NCBI GenBank assembly: GCA_050250895.1
Contig: JBFWNU010000004.1
Location: 430,934-494,933 of the forward strand
Direction of reading: 5' to 3'
DNA from: Vulcanimicrobiota bacterium
GTDB taxonomy: Bacteria > Vulcanimicrobiota > Xenobia > Xenobiales > JADMJV01
DNA length: 64,000 nt
The notes beneath the pieces were generated by a model. The model was not told the DNA's origin and did not search any database. It saw only the letters and a program-made list of their open reading frames with translations. Positions 7,589 to 17,771 of the stretch are shown here, in pieces (within the stretch, counting starts at the first letter, position 1; the number at the start of each line of letters is the position of its first letter). Made by a program: the position numbers and the translations under genes.

Positions 7589-9696
7589 CGGCCACGGCGG
7601 CCATCAACCCCTTCTTTCGCCTCTCCCAGCGGCTGCGCGACAACATCGTCAGCCGGCTGGGCTGGCGTTCTTTGCGACCGGTCCAAGAGCTTTCTATCGA
7701 CCCTCTCATCGAGGGCAAGAATGCGCTGGTGCTGGCTCCCACCGCCGGCGGCAAAACCGAGGCAGCCATGCTGCCTCTGCTCGACTCGCTGGTGGCTCGT
7801 CCGCCGGCCAGCACGGCCATCATCTATCTCTCGCCGTTGCGGGCTTTGATCAACAATCAAGAAGACCGGGTCGAATTCCTGGCCGGGCTGGTGGGGGCCA
7901 CCTCGTTCAAGTGGCACGGCGAGGTGCCTCAAAACGAGCGCAACCGCTATCTGACCCAGCCCGACCCGGTGCTGCTCATCACCCCCGAGTCGCTCGAGGT
8001 GATCGTGAGCAGCCGCGGCTACGACAAGAAGAAGCTGTTCGGCGACCTGCGGGCGGTGGTTATCGACGAGATCCACGCCTTCGCCGGCGACGATCGGGGT
8101 GACCACCTGGTGGCCCTGCTCGAGCGCCTCTCGCGCATGCTTGGTAACGACTTTCAGCGAATCGGTTTGTCGGCCACCGTGGGCAACCCGGCCAAACTGC
8201 TCGAGTGGTTGTGCGGCCAGAGCCAGCGCCCCTCGCAGATCGTCGACCCGGGGCGGGCCAAAGCCCGGCGTCTCATCGAGGTGCGCCCGCTGGCCCCCGA
8301 AGAAGACCGCGGTTTCATCGGGTCGCTTTTGGCCCAGGGTAAGAAGTCGCTGCTATTCACCGATTCCCGCGGCCAGGCCGAGAAACTACAAAAGGCCATG
8401 GCGGGGGCGGGAGTGCGTACCCTGGCCCACCACAGCTCGCTTTCCAAAGAGCTGCGCGAAGAGACCGAGAACGCCTTTCGGGCCGGCAGCAACTGTTGCA
8501 TCGTGTGCACCTCGACGCTGGAGTTGGGCCTGGATGTGGGCGATCTCGACCTGGTCATGCAGTGCGACGCCCCCTATTCGGTGTCGGCTTTCTTGCAACG
8601 CCTGGGCCGCACCGGCCGGCGCGAAGGCAGTCGCGGCCACATGTGTTTTCTCACCGATCAAGAGTGGAGCTTTCTGCGCGCCTGTGCCCTGGTCAGCCTG
8701 GCCGTCGAAGGCTATGTCGAGCCGGTTCGCCCCACCACCCGGGCCTCGCACGTGTTCGTGCAACAGTTGCTGTTGCGGGTGCTCGAGGGCGGCGACACGG
8801 GCATCGCCAGCCTGCTGGCCGGCATGGGCAATCCCTACTGCTTTCGCGATCTGAGTGCCCGCGAGCGCGAAGAGATCGTGGCTCACCTGCTGGCCATGGG
8901 CGCCCTGGCCAAGGTCGACTCGCGCCTGATCTTTGGGCCCGAGGGCGAGAAGCGCTTTGCCACCAGTAACTTTCGCGACCTCTACTGCGTGTTTGACTCG
9001 AGCAACCAGCTCACGGTGGTCACCCGGGCCAACCGCACGGTGGGCAGCATCGAGGCCTGGTTCGCCCAATCGCTGGGCAAGACGGGCTTTGTCTTTTCGC
9101 TGGGCGGGCGCGCCTGGAAGGCCCTCGAGTGCGACTGGAATCGGGGCGTGCTGGTGGTCGAGCAGTCCCTGGGCGGGTCGGCTCCCTCCTGGACCGGCCC
9201 TCCCCGACCGCTCTCGCGGCGGCTGGCCGAAAAGATCCGCGACCTGCTGGTCGAGGTCGAGCCGGTGGCCTTTTTGGCCGAGCCCGCTCAGGCCGTGCTC
9301 GACAAGCTGCGGGGCGAGTGGGGCCGACGCCTCGAAGACGGGCCCACCGTCGAGGCGGTGGGCAAACGCCTGCGTATTCTCACCTTTGCCGGCGGTCAGG
9401 TGAACAATCTGCTGGCTCGCTATCTAGAGCTGCACATGGGCAGCCGGGTGGCCAGCAACAACTACTGGCTGATGGCCGATCTCGAAGCGAGTCGGCTGGC
9501 CGAGATCCTCACCTGCATCAGTGGTCCCGACGACCTGGCCGCGGCCACTGTCGAAGTGCCCCGCGGTCGGCTGTCGAAGTTTCAAGAATTACTGCCCCCC
9601 CAGCTCGAGCGCGAGTTCTTGATGGAAAGACTCTACGACATTCCGGCCACCCTCGAAGTGGTCGAACGCCTCAAGGAAGCAAGATGGCAACTGTAA
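7585..9696 (+). CDS. brxHI: Lhr-like DEAD/DEAH helicase, BrxHI type
   Basis: LGWRSLRPVQ, APTAGGKT, YLSPLRAL, TPESLE, DEIH, LSAT, TSTLELGLDVG, QRLGRTGRR. Coupled to brxD by a GTGA overlap. Confidence 0.85.
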   Translation: MTATAAINPFFRLSQRLRDNIVSRLGWRSLRPVQELSIDPLIEGKNALVLAPTAGGKTEAAMLPLLDSLVARPPASTAIIYLSPLRALINNQEDRVEFLAGLVGATSFKWHGEVPQNERNRYLTQPDPVLLITPESLEVIVSSRGYDKKKLFGDLRAVVIDEIHAFAGDDRGDHLVALLERLSRMLGNDFQRIGLSATVGNPAKLLEWLCGQSQRPSQIVDPGRAKARRLIEVRPLAPEEDRGFIGSLLAQGKKSLLFTDSRGQAEKLQKAMAGAGVRTLAHHSSLSKELREETENAFRAGSNCCIVCTSTLELGLDVGDLDLVMQCDAPYSVSAFLQRLGRTGRREGSRGHMCFLTDQEWSFLRACALVSLAVEGYVEPVRPTTRASHVFVQQLLLRVLEGGDTGIASLLAGMGNPYCFRDLSAREREEIVAHLLAMGALAKVDSRLIFGPEGEKRFATSNFRDLYCVFDSSNQLTVVTRANRTVGSIEAWFAQSLGKTGFVFSLGGRAWKALECDWNRGVLVVEQSLGGSAPSWTGPPRPLSRRLAEKIRDLLVEVEPVAFLAEPAQAVLDKLRGEWGRRLEDGPTVEAVGKRLRILTFAGGQVNNLLARYLELHMGSRVASNNYWLMADLEASRLAEILTCISGPDDLAAATVEVPRGRLSKFQELLPPQLEREFLMERLYDIPATLEVVERLKEARWQL

Positions 9697-11045
9697 CCGG
9701 TAAAAAGAAAAAGGCTAAGGCTAAGGCGGCGCGGGCTCCGGTCGAAGAGGGAGTGCGTCTCAAACCGGCCAGCCGCGATCCCCTGCACCTGTGGATCGAG
9801 GCAGCCCGCCAGCGCGGCGCCACCAAAGTGGTGGTCGAGGCCACTCCCGATCGCCTCAAGCTGACCGACGACAGCCGCGGCCTGAGCGAGAAATCGCTGG
9901 CTGCGCTGCTGCGCGCCTTTCCGGCCGAGGGCAAGGTGGTGGCCACCACCCGCCGCAAAGACAAGGGCTATTGCCTGGTCTGGGACGGCAAGCTCAAGCG
10001 CGGCAAGCACTATTCGCCGGCTCTGGGCTCACGGCTGGTGTGGCAAGACTATCCGGGCGACGCCGAGCGCCTGCGCGGGCTGCCCGGAGTCGAGTTGCGC
10101 CTGGGCGCCGAAGCCCTCTTTCCCGAGGCCGAGAACCTGGGCCATTCCAAGTTTGTTCACGACGGGCAAGAGTGGCTGGCCCGCATTTTCGTGGTCAGCC
10201 CGGCCGACCCCACCCCGCCCGGATTCTATCTCTGCTCGGACGGCGTGCCGGTGGTGGCCGGAGATTGGCTGGGATTGGTCGAGCACGTCGAAGCAGCCCG
10301 CCTGGCCCGGGTAGTGGTGGAGGGGCCGTGTGACTTTGCCGAAGGGGCTCCCGGCTGGCTCATACCGCGGCTGACCCAGCTGGCCAAACTGGCCACCCGC
10401 AAATCGAGCGAGCGTATCCCACCGCGTATCCTGCCCACCGGACGCAAGGAGCTGATCGCGGCGCTGTTCGCGGCTCCAGAATTCTTGACCCGGCTCGAGC
10501 TGCACAAAGGCCAGTTGCCTCCCATCGCCACCGTGCGCCAAATTCTCGAGCTGGTCTGTGAAGTGGGCGGCCAGATCGATGTCGAACATCTCTCGCGCCG
10601 GCTCAACCTGCCCGCGCGCCGCACCGGCGAGATCCTGGGTCAGATGGCTCCTCTGCTATCGAAAGGCCCCTGGGTTTGCCTTTCTCACAGTCTCGACGGC
10701 AAGCGGTTAGTGCTCGACCAGGGGTTGCTGGCCAGCTGGTTCGAGCTCGAGCCCGACCAGATGCCTTCTGATCGCCGGGTGGTGGCCCGGGCGGCCGACG
10801 GCCGTGACTTTGCGGTGGAAGTGCCGGTGGTGCTCGAGCCCCGCGAACGGCAGTTGCTCGAGGTGCTGACCACCTACGGCAAGGCCAGCGAGCGCGAGTT
10901 GGCGGCCGCCTGCAAGACCCGCCGGGTGGGTGGGCTCATCGAGAACCTGATGAACCGCCTCGAGCGGGGCGGCTGGACCGGCCTGCGTCTCGAAGGCGAG
11001 GGTCCCGACGGACGCATCTATAGCCTCGAGCGTCGCGCCGTCTAG
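9684..11045 (+). CDS. Hypothetical protein: degenerate GHKL-like N-terminus + PglZ-C-terminal-like wHTH + second wHTH
   Basis: ATG at 9684 overlaps the helicase end. N-terminal WIEAARQRGATKVVV...LTDDSRGLS. C-terminal GGQIDVEHLSRRLNLPARR...LVLDQGLLASWFEL. Confidence 0.65.
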   Translation: MATVTGKKKKAKAKAARAPVEEGVRLKPASRDPLHLWIEAARQRGATKVVVEATPDRLKLTDDSRGLSEKSLAALLRAFPAEGKVVATTRRKDKGYCLVWDGKLKRGKHYSPALGSRLVWQDYPGDAERLRGLPGVELRLGAEALFPEAENLGHSKFVHDGQEWLARIFVVSPADPTPPGFYLCSDGVPVVAGDWLGLVEHVEAARLARVVVEGPCDFAEGAPGWLIPRLTQLAKLATRKSSERIPPRILPTGRKELIAALFAAPEFLTRLELHKGQLPPIATVRQILELVCEVGGQIDVEHLSRRLNLPARRTGEILGQMAPLLSKGPWVCLSHSLDGKRLVLDQGLLASWFELEPDQMPSDRRVVARAADGRDFAVEVPVVLEPRERQLLEVLTTYGKASERELAAACKTRRVGGLIENLMNRLERGGWTGLRLEGEGPDGRIYSLERRAV

Positions 11046-11122
11046 GCGGGCCTTGAGCTCAGACTGACCAAAGCGTATAGTGGAAGGGCGGGATTGTCTC
11101 CAGTTGAGACAGGAGACCCTCG

Positions 11123-12001
11123 ATGAAACTCGGTTTACACATCGCCTCGGTACCGTGGGAAGGTGGTGCCCCGCGGCTTCGAGAGCATCTCATGCGGATC
11201 GTTGAGGCTGCCGAAGCGGCTGGCTTTGACTCCATTGATGTCGCCGACCACGTATGGTTGCATCCCATCATGGGCGGTCCCGAAAAGAGCCAGCTCGAGG
11301 CCTATACCACTTTGGGTTTTATCGCCGCTCGCACCGACAAGGTAAGGTTGCTGACTCTGGTGACAGCGGCTTCGTATCGCCACGCTGGCCTGCTGGCCAA
11401 GATGGTAACCACGCTGGATGTACTCTCTGGAGGTCGAGCCATGCTCGGAATCGGCGCCGGCAACTATCCTGACGAGGCAGCCGGCTTGGGGTTACCTTTT
11501 CCAGAACTGGGTTGCCGCTTTGATCTGCTCGAGGAAACGCTTCAGGTTTGTCTCCGGATGTGGAAAGGAGAAATCGGCGACCAGCGTCCGTTCAAAGGCG
11601 AACACGTCAGTCTGGAACGACCCCTGAACGTGCCTCAAAGCCTCAGCCGGCCCCATCCCCCCATTTTGATCGCCGGCGCCGGAAGACATCGCACTTTGCC
11701 TCTGGTAGCACGCTACGCCGACGCTTGTAACTTGCCACCCTCGGCGGAAATTCCTGACCAATTGGAATGGCTGCGCCAGCTGTGCCAGCGAGAGGGTCGC
11801 GATTATGGGGCCATTGAAAAGACCGCCCCTTTCGGCTTTGAGGTGGACTCTAAAGAGTCGATCGCCCACCTCATCGAAAAGCTTAAGTGGATGGCCGGGT
11901 TGGGCATCGAGACCGTGTTCGGATGGGTGGTCGGTGCCGACCGTCTTGAACCGATACAAATCCTTGGTCGAGAGGTCATTCCGGCGGTGGCCGAATTCTA
12001 A
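11123..12001 (+). CDS. LLM-class (F420/flavin-dependent) oxidoreductase
   Basis: GFDSIDVADH, LEAYTTLGFIAART, LAKMVTTLDVLSGGRAMLGIGAG. RBS AGGAG. Confidence 0.88.
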   Translation: MKLGLHIASVPWEGGAPRLREHLMRIVEAAEAAGFDSIDVADHVWLHPIMGGPEKSQLEAYTTLGFIAARTDKVRLLTLVTAASYRHAGLLAKMVTTLDVLSGGRAMLGIGAGNYPDEAAGLGLPFPELGCRFDLLEETLQVCLRMWKGEIGDQRPFKGEHVSLERPLNVPQSLSRPHPPILIAGAGRHRTLPLVARYADACNLPPSAEIPDQLEWLRQLCQREGRDYGAIEKTAPFGFEVDSKESIAHLIEKLKWMAGLGIETVFGWVVGADRLEPIQILGREVIPAVAEF

Positions 12002-12014
12002 GCCGAGTTCCTCA

Positions 12015-12896
12015 TCAGGTGCGAATTCTCTGCTGGGGTAGGTCTTCGAGGTAGTAGCGGTGGGGCCGGATACCCACCTCGCGAAAGTTGCGGGCCAGGG
12101 CCGTGCGCACATCGGCCCGCAGCAGCCAGGCGTCGGTGGGAGTGTCGGCCCAGGCGGCCACCCAGCACTTGAGCCCTTCTTTGCCCGTCTCCATCACCCA
12201 GAAGCGGGGGTCTTCGTGGGGGGCGAAATGCTTGCTCTCGCGGGCTGCAGCCACAGCCAGCCGCTCGACCTCATCGAGGTCGGCTTGATAAGACACCCAG
12301 AACTCTACGTAAGCCCACTGATACAGGTCGGTGATGGAGTAGTTGAGGAACTCGCTCACCAGCATGCGCGAGTTGGGCACCACATAGCGACGCCAGTCCC
12401 AAATCTTGAGCGTGGTGTGAGTCATCGAGATATCTTCGACGGTGGCGTAGTTGTCGTTGTAGAGAACGGTGTCGCCGATGTTGAGCACCTTGGAAAAGCC
12501 CATCACCAGCCCGGCGATGAAATTCTCGACCACCGGCTTGGCGGCCACGCCGACGATCACCGTGAGGGCGCCGAGATAGACGCTCATCACCGCCGCTGGC
12601 AGCGACGTCGAAAACGGGATCAAGACCAGCGCCCCCATCACGATGAGCAGCACCGGCAACACGAAGCGGCGAGTGTTGACGAAGTGCAGCCGAATGCTCT
12701 CCCGGGCCCGGTCGACGGCAACCTCTTTGGGCTCGTCAAAGGGCGACTCGGTGGGGATGGCCTCGAAGGTCTTGCGGCTCGACACCCGTTCCAGGCGTCG
12801 CCACTCGACCTTGCCCAGGTAGTAGAGCAGAATGCGCCACAGCGCCAGGACGGCCAGCAGCAGGACGACCGCGACCGTAAGCATTGTCGCATCCAT
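12015..12896 (-). CDS. Small-conductance mechanosensitive channel family protein
   Basis: TM helices, then GVAAKPVVENFIAG, IGDTV, VVPNS. Start taken at MDATML. Confidence 0.8.
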   Translation of the reverse strand: MDATMLTVAVVLLLAVLALWRILLYYLGKVEWRRLERVSSRKTFEAIPTESPFDEPKEVAVDRARESIRLHFVNTRRFVLPVLLIVMGALVLIPFSTSLPAAVMSVYLGALTVIVGVAAKPVVENFIAGLVMGFSKVLNIGDTVLYNDNYATVEDISMTHTTLKIWDWRRYVVPNSRMLVSEFLNYSITDLYQWAYVEFWVSYQADLDEVERLAVAAARESKHFAPHEDPRFWVMETGKEGLKCWVAAWADTPTDAWLLRADVRTALARNFREVGIRPHRYYLEDLPQQRIRT

Positions 12897-12960
12897 GGCA
12901 AGGCTGACTGTGGAAAGGTCTGGCACGCCTCGACTGTATGAGCCGGCGCTGAAAGAACCC

Positions 12961-15708
12961 TTACGGCGTCGTGAGCCGCGCCAGGTGGGCTTCGGCCCGG
13001 GCGCGACGCTCGGGCAGGTTGTTCTCGAGTAAGGTCTCGATCCAGGCGCCCTCGAGGAACTTGCGCCAGCTCTCGCGCGCGTCCTCGGGGCGCTCAAGAC
13101 GCTCGGCGGCTAGCGCTCGGGTCTCCCACACCGAGACTGGAGCTCCGCCAGCGGTGTGTTGCTCACACAACGCCCAACTGCCGGCGGGATCGGATTCCAG
13201 CAGCATTCTTGCTTTCAGGGCCAGAGCGGCGGGGTTCTTGGGGTCCAGGCTCAGCGATTTCTCGAGCGCCCGCCAGGCCTCGTCAGCTTGCCCGGACAGG
13301 GCTAGACTTTCCGCCCAGTTACTCCAGGCCAAGGAAAGCCCGGGGGATAGCTCCAGGACGCGCTCATAGAAAGGCAAGGAGGCCTTCAGGTCGCCGTCGA
13401 GGGCGGTGGTGGTCCCGAGAGCCGTAAGCGCGTCGACGGTCTCACAGGCCTCGACCGCCAGTTCTGCCTGGCTTCGAGCCTCTTTAAATCGGCCTAGCCT
13501 CATATAGAACCAGGCTCGTCCCGTGTGATGCAAGCAAATCCCCAGGGGATCGTCGGTGTCTGGACGTGGCTCGTAGGCTTTGAAGGGTTCGTGCAATCGG
13601 CTCGCTCCAGCCGGTGGCTCGAGGCCCACGAATTCGACCTTCTGCAGTTCCTCGAGGTGCTCGCGCAGCGCCTCTAGAATGGCCGGCGTCTGCAGCATTG
13701 CATCCCGACTAAGGGCCTCGAGGATGGCCGAGCGCAGCGACTGCTCGCCGTGGCTCGAGAGCGAGGCCAGCCGGTCTCGAGCCTCGAGCCCGAGCATGCG
13801 ATAGGCCGCGCACTGGGGGTCGGTGCACAGACGCTGCAAAAGCTGCTGGTGGTTTCGCGCCCCTTTCAGGGCACGGGTGAGGGGAACCGAATAGTGGACC
13901 TCGGCCAACGAGGTTGTTGGCGACAGCAGAGCGGTAAGAGGAGCCGCACAGAGGCCGTCGAGGAGCAGGTGGACGCCGTGCTCGACCTCGGGATTGCTAC
14001 TCCAATACCAGACCCCGCCAGCCCGAGCCATCTCGACCAGACTGAGGGCCGGCGCACCAGGGCGAGGCAGGGTGAGCGAGTGGATGAACTCCCAAAGTTC
14101 TTCGGGGTCCATGGCGCCGCTCGAGGTTGCCACGGACAACCGCGGCAGAGCCTCCAACAGACGAAGCAGCGAGTCTTTTTGTCCCAGAAGCCCAGCCGAG
14201 TGGGTTAGCCAGTTCAAGAAGCCCAGCGAATGGAATAGGTGAAGCTCGGGCGAGAGCCCGGTTGATTGCAGCAGGCAGTAATAGAGGTCTCCGGGGTCGA
14301 CAGGCAGTTCCTCGCTGGTCACATCCAGAAAGGGCACACCATGGTGGTGAGTGCAGGCACCGTCAGGAGAAAACACGCGTAACCAGGGCAGGCAATCGGC
14401 TCGCAGACCCATCTCGCCCGCTCCTGATGGCAGCGGCACCCGGAACACGTAGCCCTTTTCGCTCAGCCGTCTTCGGGGCGGCTCGGCGACCCGGATGCGG
14501 TGAGGAAAATGAGCCTGGAGTTCGGGGCCCGGAGCCGCCTCGGTCCAAAGCACTCCGGGGGCGGTCCGCTTCGAACTCGCCGGGCTGACGGAAAGATAGC
14601 CCCGCCGTCGATACTCGGCCTGGAGGTCCTCGATAGAAAGCCGTTGTCCGTCGGTATTGGCAAAAAGAGGCCGCCTGACCAGGCCCGATTCGGGGTCGCT
14701 GCGGCACTTCTCGAGAACCCATTCGAGATAGGCCGACCCGGCCGCCTGGGGCCTGGCCAGCAGGTGCTCTACCAAAGCGTTCTCTAGCCATTGCTGGATC
14801 TCTTCGGTCCATTGCTCGAGAGCGTCACCTTCCACCAAAGCCGAGCGGGATAGGTCCAGGGGCAGCTCCTCGCTCCACCACAGCACCCTGGCCATCGGCA
14901 CCGAGGGTTGCCAGTCGGGCTCGTAGCTGACTCCTGAGCGGATCACCAGCACGCGACCGACCCGGGGGCGGGCTTCTCCGGCCCAGGTGGGAGGCTGACT
15001 CGGTTGGCCAAACAGTTGTGGGCTGCGCAAATCAGGGGCAATATCGCCCCCCAGCGCCAGATAGCCGCTGCCGGAAGCAGTGGGGACGGCCACATCGTAA
15101 TCGCACTCAAACGTTGGCTCGCCCACCTTGATCAAGATGTCCCGCTCACCAAAGTCGAGTGTAACCGGCACGTCGTTTCCCTGCAGTTGCAGACACAACG
15201 GGGCCAGGCGACAGCGCTGGCGCAGCAGCCGGTCTTCTTTGCCGGGCAACCAGCGGGCCAGAGCACCCTTCCACCAGGGGCCGTAGAGGTGCAGGCCGGT
15301 CTGGTCACGGGGCTGCTCCAGGGGTGCGACCGTGAGCTCCTTTTGGTCGAGCACCAGGCGATGGCTTCGGCCCAGCAGTTCGACCCGACCGTAGAGGTTG
15401 CGCGCCGCCCACAGACCCAAGGCTAGCTCGCTGTCAGACTGACCCGGCATCAGCCCCAGCAAGTCTTTCTCCTCGAGGGGGTGGCCGTCCCAGGCCAGAG
15501 TCAGCACCCTCGAGTCTTGTCGGCAAGAAAAACGGCTTGCCTTAGCTTCGACGGCGGCCGCCATGAGGCGCAGCACGTACTCGCCGGGGTCGACCAGAGC
15601 GAGTCTGGGCAACAGCTGATGAGCGCGGGCCAGATCCAGGTGGAAGGTGCCCGACGAATCCACTGTGCCCTGAGCCCGCAGCTCGCTCAACCAGCGCTCC
15701 ATGCTCAC
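12961..15708 (-). CDS. Large hypothetical protein with degenerate HATPase-like N-terminus and C-terminal TPRs
   Basis: 915-aa ORF. TPR-like segments YERVLELSPG..AWSNWAE, LEKSLSLDPKN. Confidence 0.7.
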   Translation of the reverse strand: MSMERWLSELRAQGTVDSSGTFHLDLARAHQLLPRLALVDPGEYVLRLMAAAVEAKASRFSCRQDSRVLTLAWDGHPLEEKDLLGLMPGQSDSELALGLWAARNLYGRVELLGRSHRLVLDQKELTVAPLEQPRDQTGLHLYGPWWKGALARWLPGKEDRLLRQRCRLAPLCLQLQGNDVPVTLDFGERDILIKVGEPTFECDYDVAVPTASGSGYLALGGDIAPDLRSPQLFGQPSQPPTWAGEARPRVGRVLVIRSGVSYEPDWQPSVPMARVLWWSEELPLDLSRSALVEGDALEQWTEEIQQWLENALVEHLLARPQAAGSAYLEWVLEKCRSDPESGLVRRPLFANTDGQRLSIEDLQAEYRRRGYLSVSPASSKRTAPGVLWTEAAPGPELQAHFPHRIRVAEPPRRRLSEKGYVFRVPLPSGAGEMGLRADCLPWLRVFSPDGACTHHHGVPFLDVTSEELPVDPGDLYYCLLQSTGLSPELHLFHSLGFLNWLTHSAGLLGQKDSLLRLLEALPRLSVATSSGAMDPEELWEFIHSLTLPRPGAPALSLVEMARAGGVWYWSSNPEVEHGVHLLLDGLCAAPLTALLSPTTSLAEVHYSVPLTRALKGARNHQQLLQRLCTDPQCAAYRMLGLEARDRLASLSSHGEQSLRSAILEALSRDAMLQTPAILEALREHLEELQKVEFVGLEPPAGASRLHEPFKAYEPRPDTDDPLGICLHHTGRAWFYMRLGRFKEARSQAELAVEACETVDALTALGTTTALDGDLKASLPFYERVLELSPGLSLAWSNWAESLALSGQADEAWRALEKSLSLDPKNPAALALKARMLLESDPAGSWALCEQHTAGGAPVSVWETRALAAERLERPEDARESWRKFLEGAWIETLLENNLPERRARAEAHLARLTTP

Positions 15709-15743
15709 GGGCGAGCAGTTCGATCAGGCTCAAAGATGTCCCG

Positions 15744-17621
15744 CTAGGTCGGGCTGCGCTCGAGGGTGAAGTCGCCGACGGTGACCTGGTCGTCTTCGAC
15801 CTCGCATTGGGGGGTCGGGCCGTTCGAGCCAATCAGACTGTAATAGAGCTGGCCGTCGAGCTTGGCCAGTCGCTCGAAGGCCTGGTTGACGGCGGCCTCG
15901 TCCTTGGCCCCATCGAGCTCGGCCAGCAGTGCAGGCACCAGCTTGTCGTCCTGGATCAGGTCGGCGACCTTGCCGATGGCCGTGCTCAGGCCCGCCACTA
16001 CCCGAGGACGGTCGATGGCCGACAGCTGCGAGTAGATGGCCTGGCCGGCAACTGCAAATACTGCCGGGCCGGGCTTCTCGGTTGCGGCCAGAGCATCGAC
16101 CAGAGCGCTCGGCACAGCCAACCTGGTAGCGGGGTCCTGATAATCTTGCGAGGCCAACCGAGCAGCCTCTCGAAACACAATTTGGTTGATCGGGTCGGTG
16201 AACTTGGCCAGCTCGAGGCCACGGCTTAGCACCCAGCGCTTTTCGATACCTGACTGTTGGAACTCGGCCCCTGCTTCTTGAATGACCTGAGCCAGCGCCC
16301 GACTGGGCGGGCCCTCTGGCTGGCTGCGCAGCAGAATGTCGGTAGCCTGAAGACGATCCTTGAGATTCTCGGTAGGCGTGGCCGCTATCTCACGGGCCAA
16401 AGTGGCGCGGCTTCCCTCGGCCAGGCCAGCGAGAACGCCCAGGGCAATCAGGTCGGTCGATTTCTCTTTTGTCAGGTGGCGAGTGGCCTTCACCATGGCC
16501 GGCAAGCCAGGGTCAGGGTCGTCGGCCAGGAGCTCAAACATCGACTGAAGAAAGCGAAACCGCTCGCCCTGGTCGCCCGAGGCCAGGGCCCGGTCGGCGG
16601 CCTGGCAATAGTCAAGGGCCAGAGTGTCGCCCTGCATCTGGCGCAGAACCTTCAGGCCGTCGGCGGCGGCCGCCAGACCATCACGCCACATGAAGGTGTT
16701 GGCGAGCAAGGCGCTCAGAAAACGAGCCAGATTGGGTTGGTCCTGCGTCAACTCGGCCAGAGCCACACTGGTAGCCTGCCAGCTGCGTTCGCGATGGTGG
16801 GGCTCGCGTTGACCGATACCCGTCAGAATCTGTTGGATGGCGGCCGTGGCCGGGTCCGAGCCAAGCTCGCGCTGGTTTTCGGCCAGCTCGAGAACTCGCT
16901 CCAAACCCGCTCCGGCAGGAGCCAGGCCATCCAGGCTAGTGAACACCTGGCGCCAGCCCGGCGCCAGGCGGGCCAGGCAGACGGGGGAAAGTTTCTCGCG
17001 CACACTCGCCTCAGAGCTCGTAAACACGGCCCGCGCCAGCCCCAGCGGAGTCTTCTGATCGAGGCTTTGCAGCAGCGAGACGCTGTCAGCCCCAGCATCC
17101 TTCAGGTCAAGAAGCATCTGACGGTTGTCGGCCTCGAGGCTGGGGAGTCTTTGCTCCACAGCCAGTTCGGCCAGAGCGGGGCGCCGGCTGGCCGGCCCCT
17201 GGGGATCGGCCAGAAAAGCGATGGCTGCCATTGCATCGTCGGTGCGCTGGAAGCTGGCGACCAGCGGGTCGCGGGATACGTCGGCAATGACCTTGAGGGC
17301 TGCCTCCGGGTGGGGCTCTGGACTGGACTCGAGCAACAGTAAGGCCAGACTGGCCAGGCCAGGCGCCATACCAGCCAGGGGGGACGGATGATAGATCAAC
17401 CGACCGAACAGCTTGTGATATTGCTTAAGGCGCACCGCGGGGTCGGGGGAGACGGTCACCTCGGCGAGTCTGTCGAGTCCGGCGTAGAAATCGCCCTGCT
17501 GGGCCAACTCGTCGAGTGCTGCCTCGGCGGCGGCCACCCGCTTAGACTCGGCGTTGAACAGGTGAAAGGCACTCAGAGCGTCATATCCCCGCTGGGCAAT
17601 GCCTTGGACCGTGCTCGCCAT
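15744..17621 (-). CDS. Hypothetical helical protein
   Basis: 625-aa Ala/Leu-rich ORF ending in a short beta-rich tail EVEDDQVTVGDFTL. Confidence 0.7.
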   Translation of the reverse strand: MASTVQGIAQRGYDALSAFHLFNAESKRVAAAEAALDELAQQGDFYAGLDRLAEVTVSPDPAVRLKQYHKLFGRLIYHPSPLAGMAPGLASLALLLLESSPEPHPEAALKVIADVSRDPLVASFQRTDDAMAAIAFLADPQGPASRRPALAELAVEQRLPSLEADNRQMLLDLKDAGADSVSLLQSLDQKTPLGLARAVFTSSEASVREKLSPVCLARLAPGWRQVFTSLDGLAPAGAGLERVLELAENQRELGSDPATAAIQQILTGIGQREPHHRERSWQATSVALAELTQDQPNLARFLSALLANTFMWRDGLAAAADGLKVLRQMQGDTLALDYCQAADRALASGDQGERFRFLQSMFELLADDPDPGLPAMVKATRHLTKEKSTDLIALGVLAGLAEGSRATLAREIAATPTENLKDRLQATDILLRSQPEGPPSRALAQVIQEAGAEFQQSGIEKRWVLSRGLELAKFTDPINQIVFREAARLASQDYQDPATRLAVPSALVDALAATEKPGPAVFAVAGQAIYSQLSAIDRPRVVAGLSTAIGKVADLIQDDKLVPALLAELDGAKDEAAVNQAFERLAKLDGQLYYSLIGSNGPTPQCEVEDDQVTVGDFTLERSPT

Positions 17622-17693
17622 AACCCCAGATTAACGGGTATCCGGCTCCGACTGGTTGCCGGCTTTTGAAAAGATCGGCCTGGCGGAAGTTTG

Positions 17694-17767
17694 TTTACAC
17701 GAGCTTAACAAGACGGACACAAGGGTGAGGCTCATCCAGCTTTCAGACAGGCTTGCGCCGGTATGCT
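17694..17767 (+). promoter_or_regulatory. Putative promoter of sRNA copy 1 (TTTACA-N5-TTAACA box, CATCCAGCTTTCAGAC, -10 TATGCT)
   Basis: The same three elements occur at identical spacing in copy 2, while the spacers between them diverge. Confidence 0.5.
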
Positions 17768-17771
17768 AAGG

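Noticed and set aside
9129-9683. 5' extension of the 638-aa ORF
   Set aside because: It overlaps the helicase in another frame. The real start is more likely ATG 9684.
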